DNA of 64,000 nt, taken from Podarcis pityusensis (Eukaryota). Position 1 is the first letter of the stretch. Every line of letters starts with the position of its first letter. Shown here piece after piece: positions 41,290-53,108 of the stretch. The stretch lies in assembly GCA_964106645.2 (NCBI GenBank), contig OZ067044.1, one strand, 5' to 3'. The notes under the pieces were generated by a model. The model saw only the letters and a program-made list of their open reading frames with translations. It was not told the origin of the DNA and searched no databases. Position numbers and translations under genes: made by a program.

Positions 41290-41779
41290 AGAATGCATGA
41301 TTTGAAGTCTCACACCTTTCCCACTCCACTGTGTCAGAAATATCCAGTTAACAGGTGATGTGAATGGGTTAATGTATCACAGGTGCTTCAGGTCTAAAGG
41401 GCTGGGATCATATAATGTGTGGCATAAAGTTGAAGGTTTAAATTATTATCCTCATTGGCCTGGTTTTCTCAGTCCTCACTAGCATTGCATAACACACTCA
41501 GCCAATAGAAACTCAAACTTTTACCCACAAGGGAAGCTTTAAATTAGGAAAACCTCTTTGGATATTGGTTGAGGAGAGGTGCTAGTGTGGTATAGTGATA
41601 ATTAAAAGTGTTTTCAAGTTGGCTTTGGGATTTTTGTACTATTTGTAACCAAATGAAATAAAATAGTCTGCCAGCTATAATACCTGGCTAGGTATGAACT
41701 TTGTCATGGTTGCTTTTTGAACTGCTCGTCCTTCCAACCTGGTGCAGTTTGGGCTAATAGTACCAACTGCCCCTGTAGG

Positions 41780-43410
41780 GGTGTGTGACCCATTATTATG
41801 GTCTGTCCCTGGAGACGTGGACCACAATGGATTCCTGTGAAATTTTCTGGTGAATAGAACTGGCAATCCTGCAGAAGACCTTATTTTGTTATGGAATGAC
41901 AAGATGCAGAAGGTTGTAGATATGATAGATCTTGAGCATTCTCTCCAACACTGTGGAGCATATTCAGCTCCCTGGTATACTGGGGAGCTGCATGTGATGA
42001 AAAAGACCAGGCGATGGCTAGAGTGCAGGTGGTGGAAGTCCCACTGCAAAGATGACCAAACATGTGAGAGCACCCTATTGTGCTTACTGCATGGGGGTGA
42101 AAACAACGAAGAAGACCTACATCATTTATTCCACTGGGTTCTCTAAAAGTCAGCAAGCGGAACTAGTGAATATGTGGTTCATAGGCTATTGACACCCATA
42201 TTGGTGGATGGAGCCCAGGGTACCTCAGAGACCCTTTGTGACCTGCCTGAGGACAGTGCCATTCGTCTCCATAGCATGTGAGGTGCCAATACTCCATCAA
42301 GCCATGTTTAGTGGGAAGCAGTTTCAGTTTTTGCAGTCTGATTGAAGCTAGCTAGGGAAACATGGCTGGGTGGGTTCAGTGTGTGATGTATGCAACTTCA
42401 TGATAGGGTGGTGCTAGCCACTGTGGAGGTGATTGTGTGGTCATTCATGGGGGGGGGGAACCACCCGGTACCCAGTGGTATTTTACAACTACTACCCAGT
42501 TTTTAATACCCTTTTTGGACAAGAAACTTGAGAGGGTTGACCCATTACAATCTGTCTTCAGACCCAGGTTCAGAACTGGGCATTCCTTGGTCACCCTACT
42601 GGATGACCTCTCTCAGGAGAGGGACAGGAGGAGTGTGATGTTGTTGCTGTTCCTCCTGAACTGTCATGAATCCTGGGAAGATGGAGCCTTGGTGGGTGAG
42701 TGACTCCCAGGTCAGAGAAGTTGATACGTTGCCTGTCCTAGATGAGGTTGTGCTCTCACTGAAGAAGCAGGCGCCTAAATAGTTTGGGGATGTTCCTGGA
42801 TCCATCTCTGTCATTGGAGGTCCAGGTGTCCTCAATGGCTAGGAATGCCTTTTACCAACTTTAATTGGTAAGACAGCTATGGACATTCTTGGATCAAGAT
42901 TGGCTTGACCACAGTTGTGCATGCATTGGGAACCTTACAGTTTGATTACTGCAATGTGCTCTGCTGGTGCAACCCTTGGGGTTAGTCTGGAAGCTGCTTG
43001 CAGGATTTGCACTGGCAACCGATTGCTAACATAAGGCTCAATAAAGCTCAGGAGCAGGTTACTTGAGAAACTTCCTTATTGCTTATAAACCCTGTATGTC
43101 TCTGCAGTCTGTGGAAGATTTCCTCCTGCAAGTTCCAAAGATCTGAGAAGCCTGTTCCACAGTAACTGAAAGCAAGGCTTTCAGTGTCACTGCCCCTGTT
43201 CTGTGGAATAGCATTCCTTACAAAATATGACAGGCACCACCCACTATCTGCACTTTCCAAAACAATTGAAGACATGTTTGTTCCCATAGGCTTTCACAGC
43301 TGGATAAATTTTACTACAAGTGTCTGTTTCGTTGTATTTTAGTCTTGTTTTAAATGCATTTGCTGTTTTTGTGTTTTTAATTATCTCAGGTATAAATGGT
43401 TTTATAATGT
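41780..43410 (+). mobile_element. Old fragmented L2 LINE (ORF2 pieces to 3' end)
   Basis: Peptide relics APWYTGEL...RRWLECRWWK, DPLQSVFRP...LVTLLDDLSQERDR, FDYCNVL and FSVTAPVLWNSIP in L2 order, with large deletions and frameshifts. Confidence 0.8.
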
Positions 43411-43753
43411 GTAGAAGATTATTAGTAAATCAGTATTAATGATGATCATTCTAATTTATCAAGTGCCTGTAAATTTCTGATTCCATAAATAAATTCATGT
43501 TTTACTTTATTATAAGGGCTTTAGTTTACTCATGAACCGTACTAACCCACACTCAGCTTATGCTAGTCAAATTCTGGGAATCCTCTCTACTTACAGGGCA
43601 TAGCTCATGCCCCACACCCTTCCCAGATTTGCTCCAGAGAGTTGGGGGAATCTCTGCAACAGCTAATTAAACCCAATCTTCCACTCCTGTTGCAAGACCA
43701 ACTATGCATCTGCCACTATCCTAGTTAAGAAACAAGGTAGACTACAGTTGCAA

Positions 43754-43908
43754 GGGGCACTGTGGTAGTTCACATGTTTTGCATGTAAAATGATACAGAT
43801 TTAATACCTGTGATCTCCAGGTAGGACTGGGGAAAACTCCTGTCTGAAACTAGGAGAGCTCCTGGTAATGGGTACAATAGTCTTGCTCAGTGCAAGGCAG
43901 CTTCCTTT
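43754..43908 (+). mobile_element. Degenerate Squam3-like SINE
   Basis: ATCTCCAGGTAGGACTGGGGAAAACTCCTGTCTGAAAC...AAGGCAGCTTCCT. Confidence 0.65.
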
Positions 43909-44066
43909 GAAATGTACAAAACTTGGAATATTAAAGATACCTGTAAATGTATAGTTTAGCAGAATGTAAAATAACTAAGAGTACTGCATTGTCTGTGTGT
44001 TTGTTACTGTATCATGAAATGTCCTGAAAGTTATAAAGATTAGGTGTAAAAAGTTAGAATAAAGTA

Positions 44067-44219
44067 CAGGCGGCGGCCATTTTGCACTATCTACATGCAG
44101 GTCCTTTTGGTACCAGAAGAGGACAGAATGGGGGGCAGGGCAGAATGGGGGTGAATTGGGGTTATGCATGCTCCGCCTACACCAGGAACAGAACCCCTGT
44201 GCAAAATGGTTGCCGCCTG
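44067..44219. mobile_element. Tc1/mariner (pogo/Tigger-like) MITE
   Basis: 21-bp TIRs matching 19/21 (CAGGCGGCGGCCATTTTGCAC and GTGCAAAATGGTTGCCGCCTG), TA on both flanks (44065-44066, 44220-44221). Confidence 0.88.
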
Positions 44220-44699
44220 TACACTAAATTATATAATTGGTTTAGTAACAGCAGAATTCTGTTCCCATCTACCCAAGTTCAAGTGGACTTGCTCCCAAGT
44301 AAATGCTGTAGGATTGTACTGACCTGACAGTAACTTTTTGGCAGTTATGTAGATCACCTCAGAGACTTGCTAGAAAGGCAATAAACAATTCTGTTGTAAT
44401 GGTTTTTACTTATTTCAGACAGATGTACATATTTTTGTGTATAATATGTTTATAAAAAATAAATGTACAAAATAAGCTTTGTGTTTCTTAGAATTAGTGC
44501 TGCATTAGTATATATGAACATAAGCAATTAGTGTACGAGTGTGTTGCACGTATGCATGAGTGTTTGTGCACAAGTATGAAATTCTGTGCATGTCTACTCA
44601 GAAGTAACCCCCACTGAGTTCAGTTTTACTGACTGTCAGGGAAATTTGTCTGGATTGCAGTCATAGTGAACATAAAAACACACTTTATTTATATTTTAG

Positions 44700-44777
44700 T
44701 TAAAACAGAGCCAATGAGCAGCAGTGAGATTGCTACTACAACAGCAGACGGGTCTTTAGACAGTTTTTCAGGATCAG
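44700..44777 (+). CDS. EYA1: EYA1 exon 4: (V)KTEPMSSSEIATTTADGSLDSFSGS
   Basis: ttttag| and CAG|gtaagg; 78 nt, phase 1-1. Contains the VKTE SUMO consensus. Confidence 0.96.
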
Positions 44778-45744
44778 GTAAGGAAGCATTTGCCATGTGT
44801 AAATATGATACCCATATATGTTTCAGATATTTAATTAGGAAACTATTTCTGAGTAAAGACAACCATACATTATGTGGCTTTTCATGTGTGTATTCCCCTT
44901 ATTGGCAGCGGTTGCCACTTATTAGCTGCCAAGTCTATTTTGAAATTAATAGTGAAATTCTATACATGTCTACTCAGAAGTAAGTTCTGCTGAGTCCAGT
45001 GGGGCTCCAGTTCCAGGTGAGTCTAGCAGCCTCAGTTTGGTCTAGCAATATTTTCTTCTGTGTGTTCTGCTGTTCTTAGCTGAAATACAGAGCTGTTACT
45101 GGTGACATTTACTGGGCACCCTTTAGTCTCAATGTAGTCCAAGCCCACATTTTATTTGTCATGTGTAAAGCAGATAGCTTTGCCTCAAAAAATCTAAGTT
45201 TGTGTGAAGACAAAAGTTTATCAGCTGTGGTGAGAACCTATTTTTTTAAGTGCAAACCTGTCCCGGTTATTGCAGCAGGAGGTAACAGCCAATCTGCACT
45301 GTTCATAGCCAGCTACTGCTGCAAACTTAAAAGATCCTCCCACCGCCCCCAATCTTGACAAAGAAAAAGAAATGTACATTTGAACAGTGAAGGTGCTTCA
45401 GCAGTTTTACTGCTGAAAAAAATGGGTTGTATTCCGTGTTAGTCCTACTCAGAGTAGGTCTATTAAATTAATGGACACGAGTAAATTAGGCCCTTAATTT
45501 TAGTGAGTCTGTTCTGAGGAGCACTTAGCTGGATGCTGCCCACTATACCTGCCTGCAATACTTTTTGAAGGCCAACCAAAATGTCACAAAATATTATGCA
45601 AGGTTTCAAGTTTTATACGTCAGTTTTACAATCTCAGTATTGGTACACTGTCATTATTTTTTTTTTTAAGATTCTAGCTGATAAAATCCAACAAGGAATG
45701 CTTCCTTTTTGGTTCCATAGCAGTGTGAATGTCTTCAGCCATCA

Positions 45745-45910
45745 CTGTGCTTGAAAACATGCTTTGCGATGAAAAGGTTTTGAGTCCAATCGGTGGCATA
45801 TCTAGATTGAATGCGGAAGTCCCTTGTTGGTAAAGCTATGGCTAGTCACTGCAGATAATACTAAGTTGGATGGACTAGTGGTCTGACTCTGTGTAAAGCA
45901 GCTTCCTAAG
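45745..45910 (+). mobile_element. Degenerate Squam3-like SINE
   Basis: 3' half AATACTAAGTTGGATGGACTAGTGGTCTGACTCTGTGTAAAGCAGCTTCCTA. Confidence 0.6.
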
Positions 45911-46475
45911 TCACACACAGTCATTGGAAGGAATAAATAATAAAACGCTGAAGAGGAATTGCTCTCTTATTGGCATTTGTTTCATTCCTCACTACCATGT
46001 GCTAAATAGCTGTTTTCAGTAGTGGCTATAGTTCTTGGGAAGGAAAAATGGAAGTATGATTGTGGGTTTGAAGAATATCTGACTCACTAAAATGTCACCC
46101 TTGTATAAAAATGCTGACAATTTACAGCATTTAAATTTAAGAACCATGCATGGAGTAATTCATTTAATTCAAGTGCAAAATTGTGAGAAAAGTGGAGAGT
46201 TAATTAAATGCCTAGAAATATGACAGGGTGTGTTAAAAAGGCCTTAAAATGTGACATATTTTTAAAACGGTCCCTTAAGAGCAATTGCAAAAGCCTAATT
46301 TGCAATAAAGATGTTGAGAATTGTTGTGCTAGCCTGGATCTAGTAAAGTATTACTTGGCGCTGTTTTAATTTTATTAAACTTCATTAAATTTCTAAAGTT
46401 CCTTTAACAGAAATAATATTTAGGTTAGATGTGTGTGTTTACACTTCCATGTGCTTTCTTTTCTCCTCTGTACAG

Positions 46476-46545
46476 CAATTGGAAGCAGTGGCTTCAGCCC
46501 AAGACAAACTCACCAGTTTTCCCCACCACAGATATACCCGTCCAA
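46476..46545 (+). CDS. EYA1: EYA1 exon 5: (A)[22 protein letters not shown]
   Basis: Pyrimidine tract plus tacag|; CAA|gtaaga; 70 nt, phase 1-2. Confidence 0.96.
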
Positions 46546-46844
46546 GTAAGATGTCTGTTACGTTTAAAAAAAAGAAAAAGAAAAAAAGTGGAGTTAAACC
46601 TCATTTATAATTATAATTGAATCCATCTGCTAAATCATAATTGAAATCAGTTTACCCTTGAGAGAGGTTGTACTTTAGAATAACTACAAATGTATCTTTA
46701 GACGTAGAAAATAGTTTAATTAATTAATTTGTTTTGCACAGTGGCCAAGGAATTTACATTCTGTCATGCAGCTTAACCAAAACGTTTGCATGTTTCTATC
46801 TAATACAAAGGCTTTCCTGTTTTCTGTCATTTTGCAACGAACAG

Positions 46845-46987
46845 CAGACCATACCCGCATATTCTTCCTACTCCTTCACAAACGATGGCTGCATATGGGC
46901 AGACGCAGTTTACCACAGGGATGCAACAAGCTACAGGTTATTCAACGTACCCACAGCCTGGTCAGCCCTATGGAATCCCATCATATG
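46845..46987 (+). CDS. EYA1: EYA1 exon 6: (N)[47 protein letters not shown]
   Basis: CAGCAG tandem acceptor (46845 or 46848); ATG|gtgagt donor; 143 nt, phase 2-1. Confidence 0.96.
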
Positions 46988-47744
46988 GTGAGTAAAGTTT
47001 TTGGGAAGGTGGTGACAAACAGTTGTGTATTGGGCTGTGAAATCGCTTTGCTGATGAGTGCAGCGTTACTTAGTGACAGAATACTGCATTTTAGTAGCTT
47101 AAGCATAAGTATGTTTCAAAACCACTGAGGCCCGAAAAGAAGCAGAACATTGTTCCATGATTTTGGAATCTCACTCCTCAGTATTTAGCAGCATCTTAAC
47201 TTTCACATCCCTATGTCTTCCACTTTCTTGCTGTGGGCTATTTCCAACTAATGTCCTTGCAGAAACACAAGAGTTTTTGATCCAGAGGGAAGTATCTGCT
47301 AGTAGAAGAGGGGAGGTTATTTTTAAAAAATCCCTTGTCCCATCAGCAGTCCCCAGTGTCCCACAAAAATCTGTTCTGGAGGATATGCAAACCCAGTAGA
47401 ACGGATTTTCAGGATGCTCCTGAAAATTTCCCCCTCCCCCTCTGTTGTCAGATGCCTCCAATGGAGTAACAGAGCAAGGAGGGTCATTTGGTTCCTAGTC
47501 TGTGGGTATATGTTGCTATGTTGCTATATTAGGTACTTGAATGTCTTATGACAAGAACCAAGCTATATCTATGGTTTGTGTAAAAAACAGAAAGATCGGT
47601 GCACATTTTCTTTATGGAGCATTAAGAATGTTAAAGACGCTCCCAGCATGCATGGTGCATGTAGATGCCCTTGCTGCATTTGACTTATTAAAGTATTTCT
47701 TATGAAATATAGAAAGAATAATTCAACCAAACTTAAGTCCCATT

Positions 47745-47911
47745 AACATCAGGTGCCCTTTTAAATGGGTTGTGGGATGCGGGGTGGTATTGGTTTGTTT
47801 TTGTTCCGGTTTTATTATATATTTTGCATTTTTTATCTTGTATTTTTGTGTTGTGAACCGCCCTGGGATCTACAGATGAAGGACGGTATACTACTACTAC
47901 TACTACTACTA
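47745..47911 (+). mobile_element. L2-type 3' end with (CTA)n tail
   Basis: TTGTGAACCGCCCTGGGATC...GAAGGACGGTATA followed by (CTA)n. Confidence 0.7.
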
Positions 47912-50722
47912 GATTTCCAAGGCAGCTATTAAACATGCCCAATAAAAGCAACACACAATTTTATTTAAAACAACAGTTAATAAACCAAGAAGTACTCAAA
48001 AATTGAAACAGGAGCCAAAGAACTACATAATAATATATCCAAAAGTACTGCCTCATATAAAAAGGCTTTACACTTTCTCTCCCTAGATGTTGACTGAGAA
48101 GGGCACTGGCTCATCTCAACTGGAAGCACGTTGCCCTAAAAGTTTTGGTGATCCCCACTGTTGAGCTCACCATTGAGGACTTCTGAACTATACTATCTCC
48201 CTATATAATGGAAAATAAGTCCACTGGGGTTTATTCTCTAATAAAGTGTGACAGGATTTCCGTCTTAACCAACAAATAAATTGACTGAAACTTGGGAAAT
48301 AATGGGTTATGTTTTCTTTAACTGGCATTTACAAATCCGTTTCTTTTGTATTTGCTTAAATCTAGCAAATATAATCTTGTGACCTGTTTTAAACTTCATC
48401 TTAGTAGAGTGACTATCAGGATTATACTTTCAAGTTTATTTTTAAATGAAAGTAAAAATTAAAACTTTGGTCACTTGTGGTTTATTCCTGTAGTGTTAGA
48501 ACTGATTTTTTAAAAATACATTTTTTAAAAATAATTGAAATTATTCTTAAACTGTTAGAATAGGAAAATTGATCACAATGCAGTTTGGTTATTTGTTGCT
48601 ACTTTGTTATGATAATACAGTTTACATTCTTTTTTTAGGGTTCATATCCTTTTTTTGTAATATTGCCAGTTGGTCTGTTTTTGTGTTTCTTTCCCCCCTT
48701 TTTCTGAACAGCAAAATTTTAAAAACTCCTTTTGATATATTTATATATACTTGATAATGATTCAATATGGTGTGATACATCACAAATATAGGTGTAATAA
48801 CAAATCAGAACTGAATTTTTAATTGAACACTGATTAATTTACTCTGTAGTAACTAAACATTTTATGGAACGCTCTGGCAAAGGCTTTTTATTATATTGTA
48901 CAATGAGAGAATGGAGAAATAATGTTTGTAACAGAGTGAGCTTGGTTGGTGGAGATGATTGCCACTGACAGCTGGTTGCTAAGACTTTCTTGGCTCTAAT
49001 GCTTCAGCAAAACTGTTAAAAAGACTTTAAAATGCAGCTTTCCCCCATTGCAGGATGGTTTTCAGTTACTGCTTCTTTATCAGACATGCTGTTGGAAGTT
49101 TATTATTTATTTGAATTAGGTTAAATACACATATTAACATACATATATTCATGCATCAGCCTAATTCCCATCACTACCATCATACCATTCATGAGTTTTC
49201 CCTCTTAATGCAGAGAAGAGGTTTAAAAGAGTTAGGATTGCTTTTTCACAATATAGCTGCCACGTGGGGAATGAAATTTTACTCCCCAGCTGCTTGCAAT
49301 GTTATCATGACACTTGCTTCTCCTTTTCAATGCACCCTTGAGAGTGGATGATTTGCAGTGGAAAAATAATTGAGGGTTTTTATAAAGGAGAAGCAGCTTA
49401 CACACCAATACATGGTCTACATGCAGTTTTGTCATATCTAAAGTTGCAAGTGCATAATTCACATGGTGATTTTATTTTGTATGCCAAATCACCAGATTAG
49501 CTCCAACAGATTTGTTGGTGTTCGCGACACCACCTGCATGCATCTTGCCTCACTTCAGAAACCCGGGGCTGAGCTTCGGTTGCATTGCCGAATGTCACTG
49601 ATTCTCTGCAGCAGTTAAAGCTTACCTGTACAACTGGGCTGCAGGCAATACCCTTTTCCAACACAACATAAAATAATGGCCTATTATGGTGTGGATGCAA
49701 ACCAGACAGTGAGGTGCCAATGCATATGGCAGGCTGCAAAATGTTATTTTTGTCTCTATCTGTTTATCAGGCTAAATACATTGTAATTTTCTGGATTGCA
49801 TTTATTTAATGAAAACATTTGCAGGGTTGTAGATGTTTGAATTTTGATGAAATTCAATAAGAAAAGAAATAAAAAAGACTATATAATGTTACTCCAGTCT
49901 AGAGACATCTCAAAAGTGTGGGATCTGTATTGTTTACATGGCAAAAAGGCTGTATCCCTTTTGCAGTTAATAATGGATATGTGCCTATAGGCCCAAGCAA
50001 TAATTTAAAAAGAGATAATTTTCCCACTTTCACCCCTGTTTGAAAATGTCTAGGAAAAATCTTAAAACTATTGAGTTGTAAAAAGTGCTTACTGTATGTG
50101 TTGGCCCCTGGTAACTAAATCAACTAAAGCGTTGGGACCCAGGTGGTGGAAATCCTGTATATGCAGTTGCCCAGTTACCTTGAATTCATGTACAGGATTG
50201 CACTGTAAAACTTGTCAACTTCGGTAGCTAAGAAAGTTTTAACTCACATGCTGGACTTTGTAAATATGAAATTCCCTATTGATATTCTGACCCTCTTTAA
50301 TTATTAAGCTCTTGCATGTGAAAAGCTATAGAAGAAAGAAATACTTATATTAATAAAACAAGTTTTCTAATGTCTTTCTGAATGAGGAGAAAACAAAAAA
50401 ATGTATAATAGTATCAAATGTGCTTTAAACATCTATAATTTAACAATTTTAAGCTAAAACTGTCACTGTTCCTTCATACTGCCCACTATTTCTAAACTGA
50501 TAATGTAACAATTGCTAAATAGGTGAATCTACAGTATGCTCATGCAAGATTTAAATTAAACAAGAATTTAAATTAGAAAGGTTGCGTCAGTTCAGATAGT
50601 GCAGCTTAACTAGATTATGGGTTGGTGTCCTTTTGCATACTTACATGAATACTTGTGTGATTTTATTTAATGCCCTCTGTTAAAATATGAACAACTAGCT
50701 TTGCTATCACTAACTGATTTAG

Positions 50723-50860
50723 GTGCATTGTGGGCAGGCATCAAGACAGAAGGCGGATTATCACAAACACAGTCACCTGGACAGACAGGCTTTCTGAGCT
50801 ATGGTGCAAGTTTTAGCACTCCCCAGCCAGGACAGGCTCCATACAGTTACCAGATGCAAG
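50723..50860 (+). CDS. EYA1: EYA1 exon 7: (G)[45 protein letters not shown]
   Basis: tttag| at 50722 with an alternative cag| at 50737; AAG|gtctgt donor; 138 nt, phase 1-1. Confidence 0.96.
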
Positions 50861-52599
50861 GTCTGTATAAAGTAATTAGAATTCGTTTGCTTTTCACATG
50901 TTGTTTTGGTTTTGTGGGTTTTTAAAAAATAATAATAATTGAAAATGCAGGTAGCCAAATGAAGATGATAGCAGTGTATATTACCATATGTGCAAAACTA
51001 GATAGATTTTTAATGAAATTTTGGATTGTTGATGATAAATTAGTGTTTTTAATTCAAACCTAAGTTTTAAAGGTCTCATCAACATAAGCATTTTAAACAT
51101 GGCTATTTTATTATGTGATTCCAACATTACAATGACCTTTATTGTAAAATTTCATTTCTTGCAGCATAGTTCTCTACTGTGATAGAAAACAGAGCAGTGT
51201 GAAAAATTGTGTCAAGAATACAAATATAAACTGACATAATTTCATCCCTTAGGTGTGTTTTCTTTGTCTGTAAATTTAAGATGACATTCCCTACAAGTTA
51301 ACTTGTCAGAATTATTTAGGTAATGTTGGCAGTATAATTTGGAAGTTCTATATGTATTAGATGCTATCAGTTGTGGTTTCTTCCCCAAAGTAATTTGAAT
51401 GTTTACTCGATATTATACATAATGCCTAATGTATTGTATATTTCTTTGTGTTGGTACTTATGGAATCCAGTTCTCCTTAGGAATAGAGAAAAGGATTCAA
51501 AACTAACCAGAAACATGATCTCTAATTTCAGACTGGGTCAGTGGGAGCTATGCATGTTGAATCCCTTGGAAACCTTAGAACAGATGTTATGAAGCAGAGA
51601 AGCCTTAATGTCTTAACTGTATCAGACTTCGTTGATGCAGAATAGCTTTTAGGATGTATTGATCTAGTCCTTAGCCAGTAAGCAAAGGAAACATTTACCT
51701 TTAGAACTGACAGCAAACTTAGAATGGCAGAGGTGATGATCTGACATAAGGTCTGGATTAAGACACATTACCACCAAGTTTTCAACAGAAAGAATAAGAT
51801 TTCTTTCAACTGATTTTTTTTTTTAATTGGAATTATGACTGAGTCACATCTTCTTTTGTAGGATCTGGCAGCTGCTTCAGCCTAATTTTTAAATATTGTT
51901 TAATTTTGACGTCTTTTTTCTTTTTGTTTTGAATAGTGGCCTTATCATATAATAATTCAAATATGGTTAGCAGCAACATTGCTGAGAGCAAAAGCAGCAG
52001 AGTCAGGACCGTGATTCCTGCATCCTACATTTTTCGTACTCTAAATGCACAAGCACTTTTGCATCCTGCTGAGTTTTCACAAATCACCAAAGAGCGATTT
52101 TCACAGAGGTTCAAAGGGTTCAAAAATGTGCCTTATCTTCTCTTAATTAGTATAAGTTGAGGACTATAGGGAAGTTGCATATGTTGGTAGCTGCAGTAAA
52201 ATAGTTTGAAAATGGCATTTGCTTCTTTCTTATCCATGAATACTGATTTGTACAATCTGAAATGGTACAGTGGGTCTCACTTCTGCATAGAATTGATAAT
52301 TCTAATCTGAGGTTGTGATGGTGAAAACTGAAATAGCTTTCTTTATTGTGGATAAGTTAATGCAAAACACTTTTGCTCCAGCTTTGCCCATCCTTGGTTT
52401 TAGCTCCGCCTGCTGCTGGCATGCAGCCTTCAACAGATTACCCCGAAAGAATGTGGAGTTCAGCAGAATAAAGGTTGCTCCCCGATATAAAGCATAATTA
52501 ACATGGCCTTAAGTTTGGAAAGCTAGCTCTGGACCCTGTAATGTATATTCTGTTTTTGTTTTTTAATGTTACAGTTTTGTTGTCCTAAAAAAAATAATG

Positions 52600-53108
52600 G
52601 GTGTCAGACCCTCAGTAAGTTAGGGACTTCCCCTGCATGTGACTCCAATGGGTTGAGCAGAAAAGACCAATAGTGAGTCCAAAAGTTATGAAGGTGGTTT
52701 CTGCATGTGCTGTAGAGGAAAGTGAGGGGCAGATGAGGCTCACCAACCTGGGAACGTAGCCCATCTAGGAGAAGGAGAACTCTGTACCAAAACCTCCGCT
52801 GCCTTGCAGGATACCTTCAGGAGAAGAAAAGGCCAAGGAGTAAACCCTAACAGGAGTCCCTGAGACGGTTGGATGGCGCCTTGGACACCTCTTTCTGGCA
52901 GCTCCTGCAGCCACGCTTGTGCCAAATGTATTGCTCTGCTTTCCTTTGGACCTCATCAGCGAGGCCGAGAGAAAGGTTTTGTCAGGATATCCTGCTCAGG
53001 TTTGCATCCTGGGGAGGTCACTTTGGTGCTTATAACACAGCAGTTTGACTTCACCCCCAGAGGTGCCCTCCATTTTATCTCAAGACAGACGGATGCCAAC
53101 AAAAACAC
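52600..53108 (+). mobile_element. Probable non-autonomous RTE-derived retroelement (~500 bp)
   Basis: GC-richer block with AGCCCATCTAGGAGAAGGAGAACTCTG (recalled RTE 5'UTR motif), ending CCATTTTATCTCAAGACAGACGGATGCCAAC plus A/CA tail; no RT ORF. Confidence 0.6.
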
